Source of the DNA: the human T2T-CHM13v2.0 reference genome, Homo sapiens
Strand: one strand, 5' to 3'
DNA length: 64,000 nucleotides
Assembly: GCF_009914755.1 (NCBI RefSeq)
Contig: NC_060936.1
In this document: positions 13,201 to 27,420 of the stretch, in pieces
Layout of the letters: each line of letters starts with the position of its first letter
Numbering within the stretch: the stretch's first letter is position 1
The notes under the pieces: model-generated
Database searches by the model: none
Told to the model about the DNA's origin: nothing
The model's input: the letters and a program-made list of their open reading frames with translations, nothing else
Program-made: the position numbers and the translations under genes

Positions 13201-14899
13201 TGAATATCTGGACTTTTGGAGTACAACTGAACCACTACCCTCATTCAGGTGGGGGCAGAGAGGCCAGAGCTCTGCACACTGGTTTCCTCTCTGGTTGCCA
13301 GCATTACCCCTGAAGTTGCTTTGGGGGAGATCTTGGGGTTCTGGGGAACAGAGTTTGGAAACTACCAGTCTGGACCACTCTTTTTTTTCACTGATGAAAA
13401 TCTGTAGCTCGGTGTAATTAAGTGACTTAAAATAACATTCTGACATTGGCAAGTTGCCATATGTTCCCAATCCCCTAACCCCCACCATGTGCATGGAGTA
13501 TATCATTGGTGTAGGAGGCTCACTGATATGAGAATCACAGGAGAGCCCACAGCTGCTGTTAGGGACTGCTATAGTGTCAGAAGGCCTCATCCATGTATTT
13601 GGGGGAAAGAATGTTCCAGAAAGAGGAAACAGCAAGTACAAAGTTTCTGAGCTACATATGTAGAGAGATATAGGTATAGGTATAGAAATAGTATAGATAA
13701 TTTAGAAAGACAGAGATAGAGACAGACCTAGAGATTAGAATGTGCTTCAGCTAAGAATAGGACCATTTTTACTTAGCATGCTGTTCATAGTAATAAGTTG
13801 CTGTTATAATTTTCACAGCCAAAAATCCATACATGATGTTATTTGTATTGTTTATGTTGTTTTATATATTATTTTTATTTATGCTTATATTTTCACAGCC
13901 CTCCTAAATTGAGTGGAATGATTGCAAAGTGTTTCCAATAAATGAGGATACTCCACCCCTTACCCTCCAAAAGTCTTCTCTTCAATTTGGGTTTGGTGCC
14001 AGCAATTTAGTCTTGACTGATACAATAACATTTCAAATTTCTAGAAATAGTTGGGGGAGGGGAAGACTAGCCTGTGTTGTAGAGCTTTGAAGAGATAAAA
14101 ATAGCTTTGCACCTGATGCCTCTCCCTGAGAAAGTAGTCAGCCCCAGAGAGTCCCAGTTCCACCTTCTTTTGAAATTATCTTAGAGGTAACCAATGGATC
14201 CCCTCCAGGAGGGACTGTCCATCCCCACCAGGTGCAGAGAATGAACCACTCCTTAAGTTTGCCTGGTAAATGGTTTGGAGTGTCACTGCTAGACATGGTG
14301 GCTGTGATGTCACTACTGTGTGTATCTTGAAAGGTCAATAAAGAATGAGTAAAACATTTGAAGAGGTTCTTATTCAACAACAATATTTGTTTAAAGGCTT
14401 GCCAAAAACACAAAACAAAGCCTTAAACCCCAAACCTTTAATAGTATAAAAATAACAAGGCTTAAGTCATAAACATTGGATTTCCAGAATTTAAAAAGAT
14501 AATTTTTGAAAAAGGAATTACATCAAGAAAATTTTTTTTGAATTGACTGTCTTCTAAAACAAATTAAAAAAACAAAAACAAGAAAAGCAATTAAAAAAAA
14601 CAGTTGCTAATGTTCAATCCGGAGAAATGGATGGATTCCAGTATTTTATTCACAAACAAGCTTCATCCAAATGGCAGAACAACAGGGGTCTGGCTTCTGC
14701 ATGGCTCAGGCCTGAGTTTCTGAACCGGAGGGTATATGGTGAGGTTGGGATTAAGGGTTTTCCTGCCTCATTTAATTAGGGCCTAGTCACAGTTGCACCA
14801 GCAGTTGTTTTCACATCCAATTCTGTTGGCCTTATAGTCTGGGAAAATTCTCCCAACTCCAACAATGAACTGACTTGGAACTTGAGACTCTGCGGTGCT

Positions 14900-15395
14900 G
14901 ATATTGACATCAGAAAATCTGGACACTGCTCCAGGGTTCTTTCATAAAGTCCGAGAGGTCATACTATTTTCATAGCAACATCAGGGCGTGATTTGCCTTT
15001 TTCACTCCCATTTTCTCACAAGTATACAAGGAGGTTTTCAGAGGCTGCATAATGTGTGATATCACAACAGCTTGAATGCAGGAGCAGATAGGAGAACCCA
15101 GCTGTCTTCTATTAAACCACATAGGAAAGAGATTTGCAAAAATGTAAAGCAATACTGCTCTTTCACCAAATATTTTTGTTTTGGAAAATGTGGTTATTTT
15201 TCATAGAATCTTATTTATGATAATGGATTTATTGTATTTTTAAAAGAATTAAAATATTTTGACTTTACTTATAATACACTAAATAAAAGATATCATGTAT
15301 AAGCTCTTTAGGGTCCTCATAATTTTTGAGAGCTTATGTTAAGTTTAAATCTTGTCTAAAGAGGTTTAGAGACCATAAATTTTGAGAATTATGAG
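14900..15395. mobile_element. hAT-Charlie family DNA transposon (Charlie1/MER119-like)
   Basis: gaatgcaggagcagataggagaacccagctgtcttctattaa...agagatttgcaaaaatgtaaa Charlie hallmark. Confidence 0.7.
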
Positions 15396-15513
15396 TCTAT
15401 GGGATAGTGAAGGAAGATAAACACAAAATAACAATTAATATTTATTGAGTGCTTCCTGTTTGACAGGCACTGTGCTAAGAGCCTTACATGGATTGCCTCC
15501 TTTAATTCTCTAA

Positions 15514-15705
<192 letters not shown>

Positions 15706-17499
15706 TAGTGTTCCTTCTTCTGCAATAGATGAGGAAACTGGAGCTTGGAGAGGATGTTACTTTCTCAAGGTCATAGAGCCAGAGAGTGGCAGAGGATGAA
15801 ATTGAACCTGGGTGTGTGGCTGTAGCTCCCTTATTCTTAACCACTTGGTGACGGTCCTTCTAAAAGCCTGTCCCCCCCAACCCCCAAACCACTGCACTAA
15901 TGTGATGTAATGGAAGATTGTGATCTGGGAGGCAACGGGAGAGGATATTGTACTACAGACACTCAGAAAATCTTTCTCTCTCAGAGTCAGGGTTGGACTG
16001 GAACAACTGCTGGCCTCTCATGGTGTGTGCACACCACATGGGCAACTAGATCCTAAAATACAGTGACCCACACTGGTGTCCCTCCTCTTTTAAGTTGCTT
16101 TGGGAACAAAAGGGCCATGATTATTAAAAAGTCATAGTTTTGCAGGAAATGGAAGCCAAGACCCATTAACAGGGGTACAGCTAATGGGCATGGTGTATGA
16201 AAGAGGCAAGGGCCGCTTGGCATTGTTTTTCACTCTTAGATAAAGCCGGAAAGGACGTCAGAACAATGGCATGTTTTAGCCTAAAGAGAAAAAAAAGTAT
16301 GTTTCTAATCTGAGGGAAAAATGATGGTGTGTTAAAGAATATGAATTAGTGGATGCTAAAGAGGTCTGTTATTACTCACAAGGGCTAATATTCACACAGA
16401 ATTGAATTTGACTAGGCTGGCAGAAAAACTTCCAAATATTCCTTTCTGTCCAATGCAGGGATCAGGCATTATCGCCCCAAGGCAGATTTGCCTTAATTGG
16501 GCATACATTTGCGAACATTAGCATAATGCCTTTCCATTTCTTCTATTATCTTAACAAATTGCTTTACATTGGCTCTCCTATTGCCTTATCTTTCTTGCCA
16601 ATAGCACTTGATGGCCCAGTGAAAGGCACTTGGACTTCCCTAAAGATATGCAAACTTCATTAGCCTTGGTTCTTTAAAGGTGTTAGGCTACGCTTTCAAG
16701 TCAAAAGTCTGGGATAGTGTCAAGGGATAGGGTGGACTGTCAGAGTAAGAGACACCATGGGTTTGCTGCTTGGCTTCCTTAGTTAACACACTGTGTTTTG
16801 CCATGTGAAGGGAGAACTGACAAGGTATTTGGGAACTGAAAAATCGTAGTTACAACTGAGTTCACAAAACTCTGAGCTGGAGTTGGACATGACATTACGG
16901 CTTCTCCTGGTAGACGACCTGTGTTCCTCAAGGTCTCCCAAAGGCATGACTAACCACTCTCCTCGGTGTTATCCCGATTCTCCAGTGAGCCATGACCTCA
17001 TATTATTGACACTAAGAGCAATGTTCTCAGGCCAGGATGGGATTCTGGAGCTTCACAGACCAGTAAAGTCACATTCCTTCCCTCACGGAGTTTAAAGTCC
17101 CGCAGGGAAGGACAGTTGGGTGAACGAAAGGCAAACACCAAATGGTAAATGCACACTTGGGAGCTTCCTCTTCTTTGAGATAAGAAGGAAGGCTGAAGAA
17201 ACAGGAATGTTGAGAAGCTGGTGTGGGGAAGTACAGCAGGTAGAGGTGGGAGAGAGTGACGGAATCTCTACTCCATTTGAACAGGAGATGGGAGTTTGGG
17301 CTGTAAGTGAAGGAGGTGGGGGAAATTGCGCTGCAGGAAAGAGAGAGAGAGGTGAAATGAAATAATTGCAGTGGACGTTGGAAATTTAAATCAGATTTAA
17401 AAATACTCCTGCCCCCTGGCTTAGGAAAAAAATGAACATAGGTAAGCCTTATCGAAATAAACATCTTCCTTCCATTTCATTTGTTCCTGTTTATGTTTG

Positions 17500-17998
17500 G
17501 AGGATTTGTATTTGATCAGATAGTTAATAAACAGATGAAATATGAGTACAAAGAGAAAGAGTTGCCGTTCCTATAAAATCTAAGATGAAAGCTTTGGAAA
17601 GGCTCGATAAAACTGAGTTACCAAAAAAGCATCATTGAATAAAAGGTGAGAGAGACAACTATAAGAGAAAAAAAATCATAAAAATCAGCGGAGGGAATTT
17701 TGTTTCACAAGTGTCTTAAGGTTCTCACCATATAATAAGCAAACGCTGGGCACTGTATATGATGTACAATGGTTTGGTTTGTGCAACAGAGACTAGCAGC
17801 AACTTGGTGGATCTGCATTCAGGAAAGAGACCCTGGCCATGCATCACATGATTGGTGAATACATGCGTAGTTAGGTGTATGTTCCAGGTTAAAGTGTTTA
17901 GTGAGCTCTGCATGTATAATTTTAATGATTCTCTGTTTTACTGACTTTTTTGATTTTTCAACCAATTCCCTGTCAGGTATGGTTGGATAAGAGGTATA
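17500..17998 (+). mobile_element. Degenerate Tigger/pogo-family transposon with a CENP-B-type HTH remnant
   Basis: Frameshifted peptides MSTKRK / VAVPIKSKMKALERLDKTE and WFVQQR resemble the N-terminal DNA-binding domain of Tigger/JRK transposases. Confidence 0.55.
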
Positions 17999-18074
17999 AA
18001 AGGAGAGTAAAAAGGCTTGGGGTTTTGTTTTTCCCTCCTTCACTTGAAGTGAGCAGGAGTGTGATTATTTCATC

Positions 18075-18093
18075 TGACCACTAGATGTCACTA
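18075..18093 (+). promoter_or_regulatory. CTCF-like motif
   Basis: TGACCACTAGATGTCACTA matches the 19-bp CTCF core except for one key G>T. Confidence 0.45.
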
Positions 18094-18250
18094 TTGCTTC
18101 ATGGAAATATTTTCCAGCTGCTTTGGCTCTAGCAATTTACGCTGGACATTTTACTCTTAACTGAGTGCTTGTGTGAGGAAAGGCAGAATGGGTCCCATTG
18201 TTACCTCCTTCACCTGTGCTCTAATCTAGTAAAGTTTAAAAAGTATATAG

Positions 18251-18673
<423 letters not shown>

Positions 18674-18766
18674 TGATTTATTGTAAGTAAGGGAAAATAA
18701 ATGTTCTGTCTGATTTAGGGCATACACACTACCTTGTGTCCAGTGCAGGTCACTCTGTCATAACAA

Positions 18767-18785
18767 GCCCCACCAGGTGGCTATC
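18767..18785 (+). promoter_or_regulatory. CTCF-like motif
   Basis: Core CCACCAGGTGGC with a weaker 3' end (TATC). Confidence 0.35.
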
Positions 18786-18834
18786 CCTGGCTGCACAAAG
18801 GGTAAAGCTGCCGCTGAAGCCCAGCACCCCTCCC

Positions 18835-18931
18835 CAATGTGAGCCCCTACTCTATATGCTGAGGAATTCCTCAGGTCAGTAAAGTCACCTTCTGAGGAAT
18901 TCCTCAGCATATAGAGTAGGGGCTCACATTG
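18835..18931. repeat. Perfect 40-bp inverted repeat with 17-bp spacer
   Basis: 18835-18874 is the exact reverse complement of 18892-18931; each arm contains the palindrome CTGAGGAATTCCTCAG. Confidence 0.97.
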
Positions 18932-19009
18932 AGGAGGGAGGAGGGCCAGCCCTACAGTGTCCTGAGCTGGCCATGGAGATCCCCTCTACAGACCCTGACA
19001 TCTGTTTCA

Positions 19010-19560
19010 GGGACCTCAGAGTTGAAAGAGCTCTTGGAGGTCACCTGCTTCAGTCTCCCACTTACTGCAAGCAATCCTTTGGTAACATCCTTGGTACATG
19101 AGTGCTCACCTGCTGGAACACTCTCTGTACTAAGATCCCTACTTGGTTGGGCGTTTCATTTCCTTGTGCGGCAGCACTGTTAGAAATCATATGCTATATT
19201 AAGCCAGAAGTTGCCTCCCTTCAACTTCCTTTAATCATTTTTCATGATTTCCAGACTCCTCATCAATTCAGGAGATAGGAAGGAAGGATGATGAAGGATT
19301 GATTCGGGATAATTCAGTCCTTATTTATTGAGCAGCTTTAGGGCCAAGGCCCTGTGCTAAGCAATCCAGAGCATCTCCTGGAGACAGTTGGGATTGTCAG
19401 TGTTCTTACTGTGTCTTTCCTGGAATGAGACATAACATTCCAGGTGAGGTCCAATTCATGCAAGGTATAGGGACAATTACTGCACTCGATCTGGAAGCTT
19501 CCATTGAATAAGATTATATCAACTTTTTATACACTATAACAATATTGGTTCATTTGTGGT
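19010..19560 (-). mobile_element. CR1/L3 remnants
   Basis: cagagttgaaagagctcttggaggtcacct and acattccaggtgaggtc resemble the antisense CR1 3' end and ORF2. Confidence 0.5.
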
Positions 19561-19574
19561 TGAGGTAGATTTAA

Positions 19575-19943
<369 letters not shown>

Positions 19944-19988
19944 GTGTACTGCTTATTTTTAAATTTAAATTTAATTTTAATTAAATTA

Positions 19989-20290
<302 letters not shown>

Positions 20291-20401
20291 AATTTAATTT
20301 TTTGAGATGGGATCTTATTATGTTGTCCAAACTGCTGTCAAACTCCTGAGCTCAAGTAATCCTCCTGTCTCAGCCTTCTGAGTAGCCGAGATCCATCCTG
20401 T

Positions 20402-20975
20402 ACTTTATTTATTATTTAATTTAACTGTTATTTTAAGTTCAGGGGTACGTGCGCAGGTTTGTTATATAGGTACACCTGTGTCATGGGGTTTGTTGTACAG
20501 ATTATTTTCTCAAATGGTATTTCTATTTTTACGTCTTTGAGGAATTACCACACTGTTTTCCACAATGGTTGAACTAATTTACACCCCCAACAACAATGTA
20601 TAAGCGTTCCTTTTTCTCCACAACTTCACCAGCGTCTGTTATTTTTTGACTTTTTAATAATAGCCATTCTGACTAGTGTGAAATGGTATCTCATTGTGGT
20701 TTTGATTTGCATTTCTCTAACGATCGGTGATGTTGAGCTTTTTTTTCATATGCTTGTTGGCAGCATAAATGTCTTCTTTTGAAAATGTCTATGCCCTTTG
20801 TCCACTTTTTAATGGAGTTGTTAGTTTTTCTCTTGTAAATTTGTTTAAGTTCCTTATAGATGCTGGATATTAGACCTTTGTCAGATGCATAGTTTGCAAA
20901 AATGTTCTCCCATTCTGTAGGTTGTCTGTTTACTCTGTTGGTAGTTTCCTTTGCTTTGCAGAAACTCTTTAGTTC
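20402..20975 (-). mobile_element. L1PA/L1PB 3' end with internal deletion
   Basis: ttttaagttcaggggtac...gcaggtttgtta; cacaatggttgaactaatttacac; tgctggatattagacctttgtcagatg. Confidence 0.9.
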
Positions 20976-22462
20976 AATTTATCCTGTAGTTTTTAAACAA
21001 AAATTTTCACCACAAACCTAGGTCTTTGTTCATCCATTCATTCAGTTAGTGGCTATTGAGTACTTCACAGTCATACCTGCCACTTAGCTAGGAGATATGA
21101 CAATTAGTCTACCCTTTGTTCGTTTCTTGTTTTAGTGGACTCTCCCAGGATCCTGTCGTTCACAGATTTGAAACGTATGCTTGCTCTGACTTCATCCTAA
21201 TTGCTAAAACATGACTGCTTGTGTTTGTTCTACAAGAACTTTAGATGCATCTGACTCATTTTTATGGACTCTGAGTCAATACCAAGGAATATGAATGAAA
21301 TTTAGCTTGGATTTGGGATTCTATTTATCATCATGTAAAGATGATGCTTTATAATTTTTTTCGAATGGTGACTTAGTTCCACACTTTTAGTTAAATATGG
21401 TACACATAGATATGTGATTATCTCAAAGAATTTGCAGAATAATAGTGTGTATCAGGGAAATCAGAAGTGGGTAATATGAAAGCATGTGCCATCCTCCACT
21501 GCTGATAGTGCCTGGAGCTCAATTATTGTTTGAGGGAAATATGGCCTTGAAGACTTTTTGGGAATAAAACTTCTAGAAGCTTCTTCTGATTTAAAAGGGT
21601 GATCATAAGCAAAAAAGAGGCAGCCTCAGTTTTACAGGGGACTAAATGTTTCTGAGAAACCACTTATCTGTTGTGAGCTAGAACTATATCACACATCTCT
21701 TTTCTTACAAAGACACTGACTGGTTACAAGTCTGGTTTTGTTTATGCCTTGCTACAATAACCCATGAATGTCACACCGGCCAGCTAAATACTAATCTATA
21801 TCAATGGAAGAAATAACCAAGTCAAGTGGTTCCAAGAACTCAGTAAGTGTTGGTCAAAACCCTTGAAATTAACCAAATAATTAATATATTGTCTGATAAA
21901 ATACCAGATTATTAAATATTAGCCATTATGTGTTTAAAAGGGTTTGTTATGATGAAATTTAGAGTTAGAAATAGCTCCCCCAAGTTTTGGTCCTGAGCTA
22001 CTCATTTTGGTAAATGACGAGATTAATATCATTAGACAATGTAATTACTATATTTCAGATATTAGTCATATGTGTCAGTTTGATATTTCTACATATATAT
22101 GCCCTATTCATGCTATACCTAAGCTTCCAGTTTATTTAATTAAGTTGTGACCGTCATAAGTAGGAAAACACATGTTAAATGAAGATAAGAATCTGAACCA
22201 CAAGAACTGCATGTGACAAATTAATGGGCAATATAATGCAGTGATGAAAGAGATATTTACATTGCAGGCTGCATTTGGAATGCAAATAGTTTGATTATAC
22301 ATTTCCTGGAAAAGTCTCTAAGAGGAATCTAGAATTTGAGGGAAACTTTTGACTCAGATTTTGTTCATAGACAGACTGTTTTTTACTCAGCTTATAGGAT
22401 ATGACACACACTTGGTTTTCCTTCTACCTCACTGATTCCTGCTTTTCAATCTCCTTTGCTGG

Positions 22463-22857
22463 TATTATATCAAATTTAGCCTAAAGCTGCCTCCTTACAT
22501 ATTTTAAGTTTGGTCTAAAGGTTTCTCTGTACCTTGTGAACCATAACAAGTGGAGGTGTAAACAGACCCATATCCTACAGTTGTGCCAATCACCGAGTCT
22601 TGGCCAATCAAATGTAGCCAACTGTTCAAACCATGTTCAAATAAGGCAAATGCTGAGCCGTAACCAATCCAGCTGTTTTTGTACCTCACTTCCATTACCT
22701 ATGCATCACTTTCCTTTTTCTGTCCATGAATCTTCTTCCCCCATGTGGCTGCGCTGGAATCTCAGAGCCTATTCTGGCTCAGAAGGCTGCCTGGTTGACG
22801 AATCATTCATTGCTCAGTTAAACTCCATTACGTTTAATTCAGCTGAAGTTTTTATCA
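22463..22857 (+). mobile_element. ERV1 solo LTR (MER57-like) inserted in L2
   Basis: tttagcctaaagctgcctccttacatattttaag start; 4-bp TSD CTGG at 22459-22462 and 22858-22861; three CCAAT boxes. Confidence 0.85.
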
Positions 22858-23767
22858 CTGGTTTCTCCTTTTCTTCCCATCCATTTAATACTGAGGTGCC
22901 TTGGGGCTCAGCCCTAGCCCCTCTTTATCTATATCTACTCCCTTGGTGACCTGTTCCAGGTTCATGTCTTTAAATACCGTCTTTATGCCAACAAGTCCCA
23001 AATGTGTGCCTTTAGTCCAGAACTCCCTCTGAGTACCAGACACAAGAACATCCAAATATGAACTCCTGATCTTCCTTCCAAACCTGCCCCCCTCAGCTTT
23101 TTCATCTCAGTTGATGATAACTAAGCGTAGCAGTTTATTAGGTCAGAAAAGCGACAAGAGACTTGCAGAGACTTGTGTGGAGTTTGAGTTTTCTCTGAAT
23201 AAGTTAAGAAGACAGAGTGTTTTGAGCAAGAAGTGGAATTATCTGGCATATTTTAAAGGGCTCATTCTGGCTGTTTTGCAGAGAGTAGACAGTGGAGGCA
23301 CAAAGATATATCAGGAGAGACCAGTTAGGAGGCTGCTGCGACGACCCAGGTGTGAGATCATGATGACTTGGATCAGGGTAGTAGTAGTGGTAAGAAGTGG
23401 TCAGATTCTGGATGTGTTTTCAAGGTAGAGTTAATAGGATTTCTTGGCAGGATGCAGGATGTGAAAGAAAGAGAAGTCAGGGATTATTCCAAGACTTTTA
23501 GTTTGAGCAACTGGAAGAGTGGTGTTACCTTCAGCTGAGATGGGGAAGATTGCATAGGGAGTTTGGGATGTCCACTAGATATTGAAGCAAAATGTTTGAA
23601 TGGGAATTTGAACATTTTAGTCCATTTGAAGTTCAAGAGAGAGGTCTGGACTGGATATGTAAAACTGGGAATCATTGGCATATAGATAGTATTTAAAACC
23701 TCAGACTGGAAGAGATCACTAAGGTCTAAGACACTTATAGTAAAGAGAATTTCCTATAGACCTAGAG

Positions 23768-23978
23768 CATTTGTTCTCAACCAGAGGTGCTTCCCTGGGG
23801 ATATTTGACAATGTCTAGAAACATTTTTGGTTGTGGGGAGTGGTTGCTACTGGTACCTAGTGGACAGAGAGCAGGGATGCTACTATATATATATCTATCC
23901 TATAATGCCTAGCACAGCCCCCAACAACAAAGAATTATCTGGCCAAAAAGTCAGTAGTGTCAAAGTTGAGAAACCCTT
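23768..23978. mobile_element. MER20 (hAT)
   Basis: gttctcaacc...caatgtctagaaacatttttggttg...caacaaagaattatctggccaaaaa...gttgagaaacc. Confidence 0.85.
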
Positions 23979-24167
23979 GTGTAGATGGAGAAGACCAAGG
24001 ACAGAGCCTGGGACACTGCAATATTTAAGAGGTAGAGAGGAAGAGGAGGAACCAGCAAAGGAGACAGAAGAGTAATCAGGCAAATACGAGGAAACTAAAA
24101 GTTGTGGATCCTGGAAGGCAAGTGAAGAAAGTTTATCAACAAGGAGGTGTGTCAAATGCTGCTGATT

Positions 24168-24293
24168 AGGGGCATGGCATCAGGTGCCTGTAGTCCCAGC
24201 TACTGGGGAGGCTGAGGCAGGAGGATCACTTGAGCCCCAGAGTTCAAGGCCAACCTGGGCACCATAGTGAGATGATGTCTCCAGAAAAAAAAA
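24168..24293 (+). mobile_element. FLAM Alu monomer
   Basis: cctgtagtcccagctact...ggatcacttgagcc plus A tail; TSD-like aaatgctgct. Confidence 0.85.
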
Positions 24294-26062
24294 TGCTGCT
24301 AAGTCAAATTGGTTGATAACTGAGAATTATTCATTGTATTTATCATCATGCGTGTCATTTATGACCTTGAGAAAAACAGTTTCAGTGTATGTGTTGGGTG
24401 GACTTAAGACAGAATGGAAGGAAAGGGAGATTGCAGACAACTAGTACTTAAAAGTTTTGGGAGAGGTTTTTTTGCAAAGGAAAACAAAGAAATGGGGCAA
24501 TGGCTGGTAAGTATCAGAGAATTGGGCATGAGTTTAGAGTGCTGACTGTCAGACCACATCAAGGGCCTTAGAACCAAGGACAAGGCAGATCCAGGTTGAA
24601 ATGATTCTGGACACAGGTCTAGAATGAGAAAAAGGTCTAGAAATTAATTATTTTTGTTGGGTGATGGCTTCATGAGTCAGAGGCAGGTCTGATGGCTGGG
24701 GCCAACTGGACCAGACAGTTCTAAGACACACTATTCTTTATATTCTATCCTTTTCAGTCCAAATAAAGGACTGGAGCTGGCATATGAATTCTTCACAATA
24801 ACTCAGTACAAGATTCCTTGCTGTCTCTGACTTCTAGGGGTAGGCTTATTTTTATTTTATGTGGCTCCAAGGGTGCAGGTAAGTTTCAGGGCCCTCTCTG
24901 TCTGGACTATTGCATCAGTCACTTACCTGACTCCAGCTTGCTGCCTTTCACTCCCTTCTTTATTTCCAGAGTGATCTTTCTAAATGCAAATCTGAGTCTA
25001 TCATTCCCCGTCTAAAAACTGTGTATGGCTTCCCATCCTAATCAAGATAAAATTCAGGCTCCCTTGTGTGGCATACAATGTTATCTCAGACTTAGTTTTC
25101 CCCATGTTTTCCAGGCTTGTGTCCAGCTTCTCTGTGCCTTGCAGCAGATATTGGACTTCTCCACATCCATGGTTCCATGTACTTACCGTGCAGAGTCACA
25201 CCTCCAAACCTGTGCTTAACTCGTTTACTCTTCTATAACACCCTATCTACTTTTCTGTGCTTGGTTAACTCCTGCTCATTGTTCAAGACTAATTTCCTTT
25301 AGGAAGCTGTATACATTAGAATTCAATTTGGTTACAAGTGACAAAAAGTAACAGTGGCTCTGTTGCTGCCCTGGAGTAAACATGAGAAAGAAAAGGATAT
25401 TCTGGGGTCCATGGAGAGGAACATCAGATGCTTCCACAGTCTGTTCTTGGAACCACTATTATTCAACTGGGACTGGCAAATCCCAGCCTGATCTTTCTTA
25501 GATTTCAAGACTATGATGTTGCTGCCTGGTATGTGCCTTCAGCTCTAGGGAGTTAAAGTCATGTATTTTGCTTTGTTTTGTCTCATATTTTGCCCGAGAC
25601 TTGTTTTAGATTAACTTGTCACTTCATTAATTCATTCAATGACTGATTCACATGTGGGTTTGCTGTAACTTACTATATAAAAAGTCTGTTTCTTCTGGTT
25701 TAATCATCAGGGTTTCTGGAGGTGTGGAATAGCAGACTAATTATCGCTCTGTAACCTCTCATGTTTTTGAGGTGAATTACCTATAGTATGAATTCTTTGC
25801 TCATTTATCCTATTATTTGTTTAAAAAGAACTATTGGCCCTTGTCACTTACCAGACACAGTGCTTGGTGCTCAGGATGCAGAATGAGAGACATTCCTTGT
25901 CCTGAAGGAGCTGCAGTCTAGTGTCAGGGTAGACAAGGAAAGCAAGAGTAGAGTGTAATAAGTTCTTAGGTCAAGGTATACCTGAAGTGTTATAAGAGTC
26001 CAGAAGAGGGGCATGTGATTGAGACTTGGAGTCAGGGAAAAACCTCAAGAGAAAGTAGTGCC

Positions 26063-26178
26063 TGGAGGTTGCAGTGAGCAGAGATCATGCCACTGCACTC
26101 CAGCCTGGGAGACAGAGTGAGACTCCATGTCAAAATAACCAACTAACTAACTAACTAGCTAACTAACTAACTAAATAA
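26063..26178 (+). mobile_element. 5'-truncated Alu right-arm end with (AACT)n tail
   Basis: ggaggttgcagtgagc...gagactcc followed by aactaactaact repeats; TSD-like aaagtagtgcctg / aaagtaatgcctg. Confidence 0.88.
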
Positions 26179-26756
26179 AGTAATGCCTGAACTGAGTGAT
26201 GAGAGACCTAGGAGTCAACAGGAAGCTAACATGGGCTGAACCAGCTTGATAAAATAAAACTCTCCACAGTTTCATCAACCCTAACCCACACCATTTCAAA
26301 TAAATATTCAAAGTAAAAAAAAAGTGCTTGGTAGGCAACTTTATCACAAGTTCCCTAATCTCCGTCAACCCACCCCAGTGTTACCCCAAATAAATATATA
26401 ATACAAGTTCCTCAGTTTCAACTAGATCCCCACCTGGATTCCTATCCCTCCTCTAGAGACTTCTGGAATGTCACTGCCCTATTTTCTTCACCCCACTCCA
26501 TCCCTCAGACTCACCCCTGTCCCTGATACCTACAAATCAGCATCATCCTTGGGCTCATCTAAAGAAAGTAATGAGAGGTGGATGGAGTTAAAGGACAAGG
26601 CAAAGTTCAGGGGCGAGATGAGGCTTTAGGATGAAAAAGGACCAGGAATTGGGTGGGGATAACTGCTGCACATATCCTGTAGTATTGTGTGGCATTAAGA
26701 GTCTGCCTTATACCTTAGAAGAACTCTTTCTCCATCTCTGGTGGTAGGGTAGAGGA

Positions 26757-26804
26757 TAAAGTGGAGAGAGTCTTACTAGTTAAAGTGGAGAGAGTCTTAC
26801 TAGT
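26757..26804. repeat. Perfect 24-bp tandem duplication
   Basis: TAAAGTGGAGAGAGTCTTACTAGT x2. Confidence 0.97.
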
Positions 26805-26819
26805 GCATCTTGCCAAGGG

Positions 26820-27111
<292 letters not shown>

Positions 27112-27420
27112 CATTTTAACCATTTTTAAGTGCACAGTCCTCTGATGTTGAGTCATTTGCATTGTTGTGCTTTCCTGATACTTCTTGAGCTCTTTCTATC
27201 TGTAGACTTTGGTCCTCCCTTAATTCAAGATAATTCTCTTCTAGCATATCTTGACTTTTTTTTGGCCACTTTCATTATATGTGTCAGAGTGTGTGTGTGT
27301 TTTAACCAACATATCACATTCTGAGGAGAGTGCAGCAATGTGGGTTCTAGTGGTTTCTTCTTATTCTCCTGGGCCGCTTCAGAATTTAAGTGTTTGGTTT
27401 AATAAGGTTAAGGAGCTGTT

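Larger units (their letters stand above)
23150..24510 (-). mobile_element. L2, interrupted by MER20 and FLAM
   Basis: ggagagaccagttaggaggct, ttctggatgtgttttcaaggtagag, gagatcactaagg L2 motifs. Confidence 0.8.

Noticed and set aside
26250-26420. C/A-rich stretch resembling a mitochondrial insertion (NUMT)
   Set aside because: I could not match it to any mtDNA gene; composition alone is insufficient
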